The position numbers and the translations under genes are program-made. A DNA stretch of 27,739 nucleotides. Source: Octopus sinensis. Lineage: Eukaryota. Positions 1 to 10,736 of the stretch are shown in pieces (the first letter of the stretch is position 1; each line of letters starts with the position of its first letter). The notes beneath the pieces were generated by a model, which was not told where the DNA came from, did no database searches, and was given only the letters and a program-made list of their open reading frames with translations. The DNA lies in the NCBI RefSeq assembly GCF_006345805.1, contig NW_021832960.1:1-27739 (forward strand). Direction: 5' to 3'.

Positions 1-30
1 ATTGTATGCATTCTCAGATTACACACACAA

Positions 31-135
31 ACATTATTATTATTATATTTATTATTATTGTTATTATTCAGTCATGCCTGGAATCAAACTCAGAATCTTG
101 GGGTTAGTAGCCCGCTCTCTTAACCACTACGCCAT
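31..135 (-). mobile_element. Short tRNA-derived SINE head / tRNA pseudogene with (AAT)n tail
   Basis: Minus strand reads ATGGCGTAGTGGTTAAGAGAGCGGGCTACTAACCCCAAGATTCTGAGTTTGATTCCAGGC. It has an A-box-like TGGCGTAGTGG, an anticodon-arm-like GGG-CTACTAA-CCC and a B-box-like GAGTTTGATTCC, followed by an (AAT)n tail. No complete acceptor stem is visible. Confidence 0.75.
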
Positions 136-150
136 AATAAATAATAATAA

Positions 151-328
151 ACATCGTAAAATACCTTAGGAATGAGAACCCAGGTTCGAAATTTCTCCAA
201 GACACCTGATGAAGGCTGGAGGTGTATCAGCTGAAACGTTGTGTTAACAACAAACAAAATGAGGACAAATATCCATCAAATGTAAATAATGTACATAATT
301 CCTCATCTCTTAAATATCGAACTGTAAC
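151..328 (+). mobile_element. Penelope-like element terminal-repeat fragment
   Basis: Contains CTGATGAAGGCTG...CAGCTGAAACGTT, the motif typical of PLE terminal repeats, followed by an A-rich 3' region. No ORF. Confidence 0.6.
201..245 (+). ncRNA. Minimal type I hammerhead ribozyme-like motif (HHR-1)
   Basis: Stem I GACAC(201-205)/GTGTT(241-245); core CTGATGA(206-212); extra A; stem II GGCTG(214-218)/CAGCT(228-232); GAAA(233-236); palindromic ACGT stem III with putative GUU cleavage triplet. Confidence 0.65.
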
Positions 329-367
329 ACATGATCAATTCACAACAATATATATATGTATATACAC

Positions 368-525
368 ACGACGGGCTTCCTTCAGTTTCTGTCTCCCAAG
401 TCCACTCTCAAGGCTTTTGTCGACCCGAGGCTATAGTAAAAGACACTTGCCCAAGGTGCCACGCAGTGGGGCTGAACCCGGAATCATCTGGTTGGGAAGC
501 AGTTACTTACCACGCTGCAGCACCC
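368..525 (-). mobile_element. SINE family A, 5' part (tRNA head plus CORE-like segment)
   Basis: Reverse complement aligns by eye to the head of the full copy at 8235-8400, including B-box-like GGGTTCAGCCCC and GCACCTTGGGCAAGTGTCTT. Confidence 0.85.
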
Positions 526-927
526 CACCTTGAAGAATAAAATAATCATACATTTGAAAGAGTTACCTGAATGCTTTTAAAGAGTTAAGGCCCTTTGGTT
601 TTACAAGACAAAAAATATAACTAGGGGAGCTACTGAGGTTCTTCATTTTACTGTAATAACGACCCTTTCTGCGAAAAGCACAAGTCCTGAAAATTTCGTG
701 GGAGGGGATCAGAGTTGAATTCCCTTACGTTTGGTACACTGTATTATTGACTTTAAGAGTCCCTCATAGCGTGAGGCATTTACGTGTAGTAATGCCTATA
801 ATAAAATAAATATACCTAAAGGGAATAATTATGAATTTTTCTCTTATGAGTTTTTCCCACTGACTACTTGATAAATTCTTATAAAGATTTTATCCTATTC
901 TTACATTTTAAATATGTATATATAATA

Positions 928-988
<61 letters not shown>

Positions 989-990
<2 letters not shown>

Positions 991-1402
991 TTACTCTTTT
1001 ACTTGTTTCAGTCATTTGACTGTGGCCATGCTGGAGCACCGCCTTTAGTCGAGCAAATCGACCCCAGGACTTACTCTTTGTAAGCCTAGTACTTATTCTA
1101 TCGGTCTGTTTTTGCAGAACCCCTAAGTTACGGAGACGTAAACACACCAGCATCGGTTGTCAAGCGATGTTGGGGGGACAAACACAGACACACAAACATA
1201 TACAAACACACACACATACATACATATATATATACACATATATACGACGGGCTTCTTTCAGTTTCCATCTACCAAATCCACTCACAAGGCTTTGGTCGAC
1301 CCGAGGCTATAGTAGAAGACACTTGCCCAAGTTGCCACGCAGTGGGACTGAACCCGGAACCATGGGGTTGGTAAGCAAGCTACTTACCACACAGCTACTC
1401 CT
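989..1402 (-). mobile_element. SINE family A, full-length copy with internal (CA/TA)n
   Basis: Colinear with 3450-3836, 8235-8638 and 16985-17398: tRNA head, CORE-like segment, internal microsatellite, body, (TAAAAGAG)n-type tail. Confidence 0.9.
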
Positions 1403-1419
1403 ATATATTCTTTTATTAT

Positions 1420-1600
1420 TTTACTTGTATTGGTCATTGAATGTGGGCATGTTGGAGCACTGCCTTGAAGGTTTTAGTTAAAGAAATCAACCCCAGGACT
1501 TATTTTTTAAGCCGTAGTCTATTCAGTGTCTTTTGCCAAACTACTAAGTTACAGAGATGTAACAACACGACAGTTGTCAAGCGATGCTGAGGGGACATTA
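1420..1600 (-). mobile_element. SINE family A, diverged 3' body fragment
   Basis: Matches the family A body (CCCCAGGACTTATT, CTAAGTT, GTTGTCAAGCGATG). Confidence 0.75.
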
Positions 1601-1648
1601 AACGATGATACTGATGATGATGATAATGATGATGACTATATCTATATA

Positions 1649-1693
<45 letters not shown>

Positions 1694-2276
1694 TATATAT
1701 ATACGTAAAATATATAGGGTAGTGAGTTTTTTTTAGAAATTTCACTACCGGTCGCCTAGCAGTGGCCTTCAAAAATTACTCTTAAATGTGGTTTTGGTTG
1801 TTTTGGACGCTTCTTCTAGTGTGACAGCTGCCTGTTAAAGGTCACTTCCCTTGTGCTTAAATGTACACTATTTATATATATATATATCATCATCATCGTT
1901 TAGCATCCGCTTTCCAATCTTGTACTTATTTTATCAGTCTCTTTTACTGAACCGCTAAGTAAACGCACCAGCGTCCCATATGATTGTCAAGCAGTCGTAT
2001 GGGACAAACACAGATTCCTCAAAAGTCTCTATAAATATTACTTCACCGCAGGCTACTTGAAGCACTTTAACTAAAGAGGTTTATTAAATGGAATCTCTCG
2101 TGTTTTCTTAGTGTTTTCTCAAGTGTGTACGGAATCGGTGCTTCTTGTAAATTACATCAAATCTTCCATTGGAGACGAGAGATCCTGTTTGTCGTTTCGT
2201 CCTTTGGCTTACCAGCTCTGTGGTTCCAGAAAGAGAACAATAAGTGGATTCAGATGTACTGGCTCCTTTAAATGTC

Positions 2277-2910
2277 ACCGCCACCACCACCACTACCACT
2301 ACCACCTTGGCCACAACTGCTGCCACCACCACCATCATAACCACCATCATCATAACCACCACCATCACCATCATAACCACCACTATCACCACCACCACCA
2401 CCACCACCATCATAACCACCACTATTACCACCACCGCTATCATCATCACCTCAACCACCTCTACTATCACCACCACCACCACCACCACCATCATAACCAC
2501 CACAATCATCATCACCATCTCCAACACCACTACTATCACCACCACCATCATAACCACCATTATCCTCATCACCATCATCACCTCCAATACCACTACCATC
2601 ACCACCACCACCATCATAAACACCTCTATCATCATCATCATCACAATCACCATCATGACCACTGCCACTGCTACCGCCACCGTCATAACCACCACTATCA
2701 TCGCCATTATCACCATCACCACCACTGGTACCATCTCCATCATCACCTCCACTACCACCACCACCACTACCACCATCATCATCTCCATTACCATCACCAC
2801 TACCACCGTCACCACCTCCACTTCCAGCATCATCACTGTCTCCATTACTACCACCCACCACCACCACCACCATCAATGTCTCCACCACCATCACCACCAC
2901 TGCCACCACT
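2277..2910. repeat. Degenerate (ACC/ATC)n trinucleotide tract
   Basis: About 630 bp of near-uninterrupted ACC/ATC/ACT triplets, which produce His-, Thr- and Val-rich ORFs in several frames on both strands. Confidence 0.95.
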
Positions 2911-3100
2911 TTTGCTTCCTACTCTTGACCATGTGTACTCAGTCACTTTTCGAGGAAACCCTTCCATGAGTTCATTGACGTCTTGTGTGGCTTCAGGAAA
3001 AACCACTTCTGAAATTGCTTTGAACTGATGGCGGAAAAATTACTCTTTGTTTGGCTTCAAACTACAGCATGAGTAACTGTTAAGAATATATATATATATA

Positions 3101-3280
3101 CATGGTTCCGGGTTCAGTCCTACTGTGTGGCACCTTGGGCAAGTGTCTTCTAATATAGCCTTAGGTCGACCAAAGCCTTGTTAGGGGATTTGGTTGGCAG
3201 AAACAGAAGGTGCAGGAGTGGCTGTGTGGTAAGTAGCTTGCTTACCAACCACATGGTTCCGGGTTCAGTCCCACTGCATG
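3101..3280 (+). mobile_element. SINE family A head fragments in permuted order
   Basis: CATGGTTCCGGGTTCAGTCC occurs at 3101 and again at about 3252. The segment between them runs from the B-box to the end of the CORE-like part and then restarts at the head (GCAGGAGTGGCTGTGTGG). Confidence 0.8.
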
Positions 3281-3387
3281 CCACATATTATGTCACATAT
3301 TACATTTACAGATAAATTCCTCTATTTACATAATATCAAGGTCTCTTTCAGTCTTTTGTTGTCTTACCATTTCTATCAATATATATG

Positions 3388-3419
<32 letters not shown>

Positions 3420-3449
3420 TATATATATATAACAGATTTTTTTTTTTCA

Positions 3450-3835
3450 CAGGTTTCAGTCATTTGACTGTCGCCATGCTGGAGCACCACCTTTTAGTTG
3501 AGCAAATCGACCCCAGAACTTATTCTTTATAAGCCCAGTACTTATTCTATCGGTTCTCTTTGCCGAAACCGCTAAGTGACAGGGACGTAAACACACCAGC
3601 ATCGGTTGTAGCAATGCTAGAGGGACAATCACAGACACACAAACATATGCACACACACACAATATATATACATATATATGACAGGTTCTTTCAGTAGTTC
3701 CGTCTACCAAATCCACTCACAAGGCTTGGGTCGCCCAGGGCTATAATAGAAGACATTTGCCCAAGGGTGCCACGCAGTGGGACTGAACCTGGAACCATGT
3801 GGTTGGTAAGCAGCTACTTACCACACAGCCACTCC

Positions 3836-3836
<1 letters not shown>
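3450..3836 (-). mobile_element. SINE family A, near-full-length copy
   Basis: Colinear with 989-1402, including the internal (CA/TA)n tract. Confidence 0.9.
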
Positions 3837-3897
<61 letters not shown>

Positions 3898-4577
3898 TTA
3901 AGGTTTACAGGACGTCACCAACAGTAAACAACATGTAATACAAAAACAAAAGAGTTAAAATAAGCAAATAGTGAGTTAAATGTTAGGTATAGGTTAGGTG
4001 TGAGAGGTCAGATATGGCCAGTTTAAATGTAAAACTTGTAGAATATTTGAGCCAGATTTAGCCAGTTTGAATACCAAAGAATTAAGTCATATTTTTCAGA
4101 AAATATGCATGAAAATAATCTAGGAATTCTTTCTTGGAAAACTTTGACTGACGAAGCAGTTTCCTTTGTTTTATAGATTTTGGGTTTTTTTTGTAAGTTT
4201 TCCATCAAGTGGACATTTTCTTCAACTATAAGGGTCAGCCAGCATTGTGAAGAAAACTTTGGGAAAATCCAGTTACATCTGCAATTTTCTTGAATTGAAT
4301 AGAACTACGCCTTAAGTAGACAGCTGTAGGAATTTTGTGTAGTTAATATTTACAAATGAATTATTAATATATCGGAATAAATGCAGAAGATCGTATGATA
4401 TGAGGAAATATCTGACAGCTTTTGAATTTCTTATGATATCAATACATGGACGTGTTCACTTCAATACCAGCACTCTAGAATTCCTTTCCTTTATGAACCG
4501 CATTTATAAAACTTCTAAGCATCTCCGCCAACAATGGACCAATGTTTTTCTCTTTTGCACTGTGATTTAAAACTAAC

Positions 4578-4650
4578 AACACACATGCACACATATATAT
4601 ACATTATATATATATATATATGATGTGTGGTATATATATAATCTCGTATA

Positions 4651-4685
<35 letters not shown>

Positions 4686-5140
4686 ATATAGTTATATATG
4701 TATATCGTCATAATCGTTAACGTCTGTTTTCCGCGTAGCACACATACATATTTATATATAGATATAATATATATATATATTATATATAGATATATATAGA
4801 TATATATATATAGATTATATAGATTTGTATATGATAGATATATAGATATATAGATATTGTGTATATGTATCTATTAATTATTAGATATATATTTGTATAT
4901 GTATATATATATAATATATATTTGTATATATATGTTATATATATAGTAGTTGGATATGTATATATATGTATATATATAATATATATATATTTGTATATAT
5001 AGGTATATATATATATATATATATTTGTATATATATGTATAGATATTATATATATTGTATATCGAGGATTATATATATATCTTGTATATTATATATAGAT
5101 TTGTATTATATGTATATATATAGATTGTGATAGTTCATAC

Positions 5141-5173
<33 letters not shown>

Positions 5174-5418
5174 GGTATATATATGTATATATATATATAT
5201 ATTGTATATATATGTATATATATATATATATATTTGTATATATATGTATATATATATATATATTGTAGATATATGTATATATATATATATATATATATTT
5301 GTATATATATGTTATATAGTATAGTTATATATATTTATATAGATATATTTGTATATATGTATGTATATTATATATATATATATTTGTATATATATATATA
5401 CAAACACAACCAATCTAT

Positions 5419-5467
<49 letters not shown>

Positions 5468-5684
5468 ATGTATAGTTATATACACATATAGATATATATA
5501 AACACACCATATATACACATATATATCTATAAACACCACACATATATATACATATATATATAAACACACACATATATATATACACATATATATAAACACA
5601 CACACACACATATATATATATTTATATATACACGTATACACACACACAAACATACGCACACGCACACACACATACATATATATA
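4578..5684. repeat. ~1.1-kb degenerate (TA)n tract grading into (CA/TA)n
   Basis: Almost entirely TA dinucleotides with recurrent TTTGTATATATA and AGATAT variants. Confidence 0.95.
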
Positions 5685-6084
5685 AGTCATAGCACAAATT
5701 CTGCATTATTTTGAATGAATTTTTTGCAATTTGCAATAACGTAGACAAGTAAGTAATTTATTAATTATTAAATACGAAAACATTTGCATGGTTTTTGAGT
5801 TATGAAACAAATTTATCAAGATATTAGGATTTTTCGTTTGTTAAATAAAAGATCAGCAAAATATTTCTCTGTCCGTTATGTCTTCATATATATATCGCTG
5901 TTGGTGATTTCTTCCCCATTTTTGGACTTTTCCCTTTCTCCTTTCTGCCGAGGAGCAATGTGCAAAATGTCGAACTTTCTCCTTTCATTAAGCGTCAAAC
6001 TAATATATTTCTTGAGCAATTCCTTACATTCATTTTTTGCATTTTTTAAAAATTTGAATTGACTATATATATATATATATATAT

Positions 6085-6545
6085 CATCATCATCATCATC
6101 ATCATCGTCGTTTAACGTCTGTTTTCCATGCTAGCATGGGTTGGACGGTTCGACCGGAGTCAGGGGAGCCAAAAGGCTGCACCAGGCTCCAGTCTGATCT
6201 GGCAGTGTTTCTACAGCTGGATGCCATTCCTAACACCAACCACTCCGTGAGTGTAGTGGGTGCTTTTTATGTGCCAGGCGAGGCAGGCAATGGCCATGAT
6301 CGGTTGGTGCTTTTTACATGTCACTGGCACGGAAACCAATCAATGTGGCGCTGGCATCGGCCACGTTCGGATGGTGCTTTTTATGTACCACCCGCACAGG
6401 GATCACAACTACAATTTCCATTGATTGTTGATGTTGATGTACTTGACTCAATAGGTCTCCTCAAGCACAGGGTCGAAACAGTGTTTCTTTACTTGCCACC
6501 TGCACAGGAGTCAGTCCAGTGGCACTTTCAATTTCAGTTTTTATG
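6085..6545 (-). mobile_element. RTE-clade LINE 3' end (3'UTR with hairpin repeats and (GAT)n tail)
   Basis: Minus strand ends ...CCCATGCTAGCATGGAAAACAGACGTTAAACGACGATGATGATG. It shares GAGACCTATTGAGTCAAGTACATCAA with the plus-strand copy at 18750. Confidence 0.75.
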
Positions 6546-6638
6546 AAATTGTTTTCAACGTTAGAAAATGTGAAAAACACATCATTATTGCTGGAGTATC
6601 TTTTATTGGAATTGACAACATCAATGTGAGGGATGATA

Positions 6639-7034
6639 TTAGGAGCACTTCTCTAGCACTCCGTCAGTTACGACAATGAGGGTCCCAGCTGATACGATCA
6701 ACGGAACAGCTTGCTCGTGGAATTAACATGCAAGTGGCTGAGCACTCCACAGACACGTGTACCCTTAACGTAGTTCTCGAGGAGATTCAGTGTGACACAG
6801 AGTGTGACAAGACTGGCCCCTTGAAATACAGGTACAACAGAAACAGGAAGAAAGAGTGAGAGAAAGTTGTGGTGAAAGAGTACAGCAGGGTTCACCACCA
6901 CCCCCTGCAGGAGCCTCGTGAAGCTTTAGGTGTTTACGCTCAATAAGCACTCACAGTGCCCGGTCTGGGAATCGAAACCGCGATCCTACGACCGCGAGTC
7001 CGCTGCCCTAACCACTGGGCCATTGCGCCTCCAC
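6639..7034 (-). mobile_element. tRNA-derived SINE (family C), full length with 13-bp TSD
   Basis: Minus-strand head GGCGCAATGGCCCAGTGGTTAGGGCAGCGGACTCGCGGTCGTAGGATCGCGGTTTCGATTCCC carries A- and B-boxes. The direct repeat GTGAGGGATGATA lies at 6626-6638 and 7035-7047. Confidence 0.88.
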
Positions 7035-7394
7035 GTGAGGGATGATAATGGCGATCCTGAATCAAGGCATTGACATCAGGCTGAATGTTGGTCAGTTTCA
7101 GTCTCAAATCACCTCGTTGCCCCAGGTTCAGCCAATTTCTATAAGCAAGCGCTTGACAACCTGCATCCTCTGAGTCACACCTCTCAATCTTTGATTACGA
7201 TACAGATTGCAACATCGGGTCTTGGATGTTAGCAACGGCATTAGGAAGGGCATCCAGTGAAAATTTAACATGTTTTCCCATGTTTCATGGTGCTGACTAA
7301 GTATTTCAAAGCAGTTCATCCAGGAGAGATGGTCCTTCGCACGCCGACGACCCCCCCTCCATTTGAACCCTTGACTATTAACGACCCCTTGTAT

Positions 7395-7621
7395 ATTTCT
7401 TTACTACCCACAAGGGGCCAAACAAAGAGGGAACAAACAAAGACAAACAAAGGATTAAGTCGATTACATCGACCCCAGTATGTAACTGGTACTTTATTTA
7501 TCGACTCTGAAAGGATGAAAGGCAAAGTCGACATCGGCGGAATTTGAACTCAGAACGTAACGACAGATGAAATACTGCTAAGCATTTTGTCCGGTGTGCT
7601 AACGATTCTGCCAGCTCGCCC
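7395..7621 (-). mobile_element. SINE family M, single full copy
   Basis: Reverse complement GGCGAGCTGGCAGAATCGTTAGC...GTTCTGAGTTCAAATTCCGCC...CTTTGCCTTTCATCCTTTC...AAAGTACCAG...CTGGGGTCGAT matches 20889-21125 and the unit of the 14.4-16.5 kb array. The central segment resembles, from memory, the conserved Meta/MESC-type SINE domain; this is unverified. Confidence 0.85.
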
Positions 7622-7739
7622 TTGTAATTGCTCACCAACCCCTAGGAGGTCCATCGGACTCCCTTTTGCAACCCCTGCCCTAAACCCATGAGGTCTTCTC
7701 CCCCCCCTGCCCATTGTACTTATTCCTTAAGACAGCAGT

Positions 7740-7771
7740 GGATGGTGGTGGAAAGGGATCTGTTGTTGTTG

Positions 7772-7803
<32 letters not shown>

Positions 7804-7930
7804 GGTGGTGGTGGTGGAGGTGATGGTAGAGGTAGTGGTGGTGGTAGTGGTGAGGTTGTTGCTGTTGTTGTTAGTGGTGATGGCAATGGTGTTAATGTCG
7901 ATAATAGTGGGGGGGGGGGGGCTGGCGGGG
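7740..7930. repeat. (GTT)n/(GGT)n tract ending in a G-run
   Basis: Direct reading of the sequence. Confidence 0.9.
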
Positions 7931-8234
7931 ATATGTGTTCTATAAGCTTTTAGAAATATTTCGTGTGACATAGAAAAAGTATTTTGTTTACAATCTCAAG
8001 AGTATAATTAGAATTTTTTTCCTTTTTTTTTTTTATTGTAATTAAGAACTGTATACATGGCTGTCTCGTTACAGATTTTATTTTCTAATCACCGTATTTG
8101 ATTCTGCTGCATGGTATATTGCACAAATGTCTTCTTTCTGCTGTAGCCTCTGGCTGACCGATGCCTCCATAAATGAAATTGGTGGACAAAACTATACAAA
8201 ATCCTGCTATCATCATCATCATCATCATCATCAT

Positions 8235-8638
8235 AGGCGCAGGAGTGGCTGTGTGGTAAGTAGCTTGCTTACCAACCACATGGTTCCGGGTTCAGTCCCA
8301 CAGCGTGGCATCTTGGGCAAGTGTCTTCTGCTATAGCCTCGGGCCCACCAAAGCCTTGTGAGTGGATTTGGTAGAAGGAAACTGAAAGAAGCCTGTCGTA
8401 TATATGTATCTATATATGTATGCATGTGTATATGTTTGTGTGACTGTGTTTGTCCCCGCAACATCGCCTGACAACCGATGCTGGTGTGTTTACGTCCCCG
8501 TCACTTAGCGGTTCGGCAAAAGAGACCGATAGAATAAGTACTGGGCTTACAAAGAATAAGTCCTGGGGTCGATTTGCTCAACTAAAGGCGGTGCTCCAGC
8601 ATGGCCGCAGTCAAATGACTGAAACAAGTAAAAGAGTA
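8235..8638 (+). mobile_element. SINE family A, full-length copy nested in an RTE (ATC)n tail
   Basis: AGGCGCAGGAGTGGCTGTGTGG (A-box), GGGTTCAGTCCC (B-box), internal TA/TG tract, and 3' end AAGGCGGTGCTCCAGCATGGCCGCAGTCAAATGACTGAAACAAGTAAAAGAG. It is flanked by (ATC)n on the left and ATCATTTAACGTCC on the right. Confidence 0.92.
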
Positions 8639-8948
8639 TCATTTAACGTCCGTTGTCTATGTTGACATGGGTTGGACGGATTGACTGGGGCTGGTAAGCT
8701 GGAAGGCTGTGCCAGACTCCAGTCTGATTTGGCATGGTTTTCTGCAGCTGGATTTCCTTCCTGATGCCAATCACTCCAGGAGTGTAATGGATGATTTTGA
8801 CATGCCACCGGCACAGGTGCGCCATTTGCGTGACGCCGGTATCTGCCATGACTGCGATTTTGCTCAGCTTGTTGGGACTTCTTCTGCAGCACAACATAAT
8901 GCCAAAGATCTCGAAAGGAACTCGGCCACTTTGCCTCTTTGAGGCCCA
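8639..8948 (-). mobile_element. RTE-clade LINE 3' end with degraded ORF C-terminus
   Basis: Minus translation GLKEA...RDLWHYVVLQKKSQQA parallels the ORF end at 27365-27450 (NLTEAMTSDGDLW*FVVFEKT), followed by the same 3'UTR and tail. Confidence 0.7.
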
Positions 8949-9124
8949 CTGCTCATATATTATCAGTGTGTGTTTTTGTGTTTCTGTTTGTCTACCACCA
9001 CCACTTGACCTCTGGCATTGGTTTGTTTACATCCCTTGTAACTTAGCAGTTCATTAAAACAGACTGATAGAATAAGTATCAGACTTCAAAAAAAGCTTCG
9101 GTTGTCAAATGATGATAGGGGAAC

Positions 9125-9136
9125 AAACACACACAC

Positions 9137-9176
<40 letters not shown>

Positions 9177-9385
9177 ACACACATACACGCACATATACAT
9201 ACACACACATATACACACACACACATACACACTCACACACATACACACACACATACACACACACACAACACACACACACACACACACATACACGCACACA
9301 CACATACACACATACACAACTCACACACATACACACACATACACACACACACACGCACACACACATACACACACACACATGCATG
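9125..9385. repeat. (CA)n/(CATA) degenerate microsatellite inside a SINE A remnant
   Basis: Direct reading; flanked by family A body and head remnants. Confidence 0.9.
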
Positions 9386-9730
9386 ACGAGCTTCTTTTCA
9401 GTTTCCACTTACTAAATTCACTCACAAGGCTTTGGTGGGCCTGAGGCTTAGAGCAGAAGCCACTTGCCCCGGTTCCACATAGTGGGACTGAACCTAGAAC
9501 CAGGTGATTGGGAAGGAAGCTTCTTGCCACACCTACATCTATATATATGTATATGTAGACACACACACACACAACAGGCTTCTTTCAGTTTCCGTCTGCA
9601 AAATCCATTCATGTGGCTTTGGTCAGCCCAAGGTTATAGCAGAAGTCACTTGCCCAAGGTGTCACACAGTGGGACTGAACCCAGAACTATGTGGCTGGGA
9701 ACCAACCTTCTTACCACACAGCCACACCTG
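9385..9730 (-). mobile_element. Two consecutive SINE family A heads
   Basis: CTTCTTTCAGTTTCC...GGGACTGAACC...CTTACCACAC occurs at about 9390-9535 and 9578-9730. Confidence 0.8.
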
Positions 9731-9745
9731 TAGCTATATATATAT

Positions 9746-9777
<32 letters not shown>

Positions 9778-9859
9778 ATATGTTATAAAATAGAACATAT
9801 GCATATATATAAACATATATGTACGTACCTACCTCTACATGTACATATACACGCATATA

Positions 9860-10105
9860 TGAGTACAGGACACCAAAAGGACGTCGAACACAATGAGAAA
9901 CGAAAACATAGACACAAACCAAAGAAACTGGACATTTCTTTTAAAACAGCAAAAAAATAGAGTACAGGACAATTAACACGAAGAAAAACCCCTTCTTCAG
10001 TCGCTAAAGATTTCATCTACTCTACGTTTCGAAGGATAAAAGCGAGACGTATCTTTGACAAGAAAACTTTCCTTCCTGCGAAAAGCAAATCAATTAAAAT
10101 TCTGA
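9860..10105 (-). mobile_element. Degenerate Penelope-like terminus
   Basis: Minus strand carries two partial hammerhead-like pieces, ...ATCCTTCGAAACGTAGAG... and ...GACTGAAGAAGGGG..., each lacking the other half of the core. Bounded by TA tracts. Confidence 0.4.
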
Positions 10106-10107
10106 GA

Positions 10108-10143
<36 letters not shown>

Positions 10144-10146
<3 letters not shown>

Positions 10147-10513
10147 ATATATAAACGGCAGTTTGTCTGTGCGTTTTCTGTGTGTCTGTTTTCTCGTACC
10201 CTCACTCTGACCACGGCTTTCAACCGATTCTGATGAAACTTGACACACACATAGCCCAATGTCATAATTCAAAACTAACGCAGCGAAAATTTTGAAAAGT
10301 TCCCCCAGTTCTGAAAAAAATCGATAAATTCGACATGGGGTCGAGAATCAGAAACCCAAACCACAGACCGTCTAGGGGACGCAACTCCCCCTTTTTTAAA
10401 TCTCAAAAAAAAATTTACCATCATTTTTTTGCTATTTTTTGGCTATAACTCTCTAAAAATGCTTTATAGTTATTTCCCTTATAAACCTGAGCAACGCCGG
10501 GCGATACTGCTAG
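10144..10513 (+). mobile_element. Non-autonomous Helitron, ~370 bp, both ends present
   Basis: 5' A|TCTATATATAAACGGCAG (TC at 10144-10145); GC-rich subterminal hairpin CCTGAGCAACGCCGGG (10486-10501); 3' CTAG|T (10510-10513); inserted between A and T with no TSD. Confidence 0.85.
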
Positions 10514-10529
10514 TGTATATATATATACT

Positions 10530-10736
10530 CATTCCAGAACATCATGATAAACCGTTAGCTCCTACACGCATTTTTTTGTCTCCTTGTTTCTTTTCTGTGT
10601 ATCTTTCTGTCGAAGAGCGTAGGCTCGAAACGTAAAAGACTTGTTCTATTTCTATTCCTGAGCGCCATACTAATACATTTGTTTGTTTGTACTCCACCTG
10701 CCTTCGTCTTTTGTTTATTTTTCGTAAACCTTCCCG

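Noticed and set aside
2108-3028. 248-305 aa His-, Thr-, Val- and Gly-rich ORFs
   Set aside because: They are open in several frames on both strands because ACC/ATC triplets lack stops. There is no recognisable domain. Microsatellite artefact unless RNA or proteomic data say otherwise.
5127-5748. Ile/Tyr/Cys/Val-rich ORFs, also around 9100-9570, 17700-18400 and 19950-20800
   Set aside because: They are translations of TA, TG and CA dinucleotide repeats.
6958-7034. Functional tRNA gene
   Set aside because: The acceptor, anticodon and T stems do not pair properly, and it is the head of a TSD-flanked SINE.
7905-7930. G-quadruplex candidate (also the G/C runs at 14270-14300)
   Set aside because: These are homopolymer runs at microsatellite edges, prone to sequencing error, with no supporting context.
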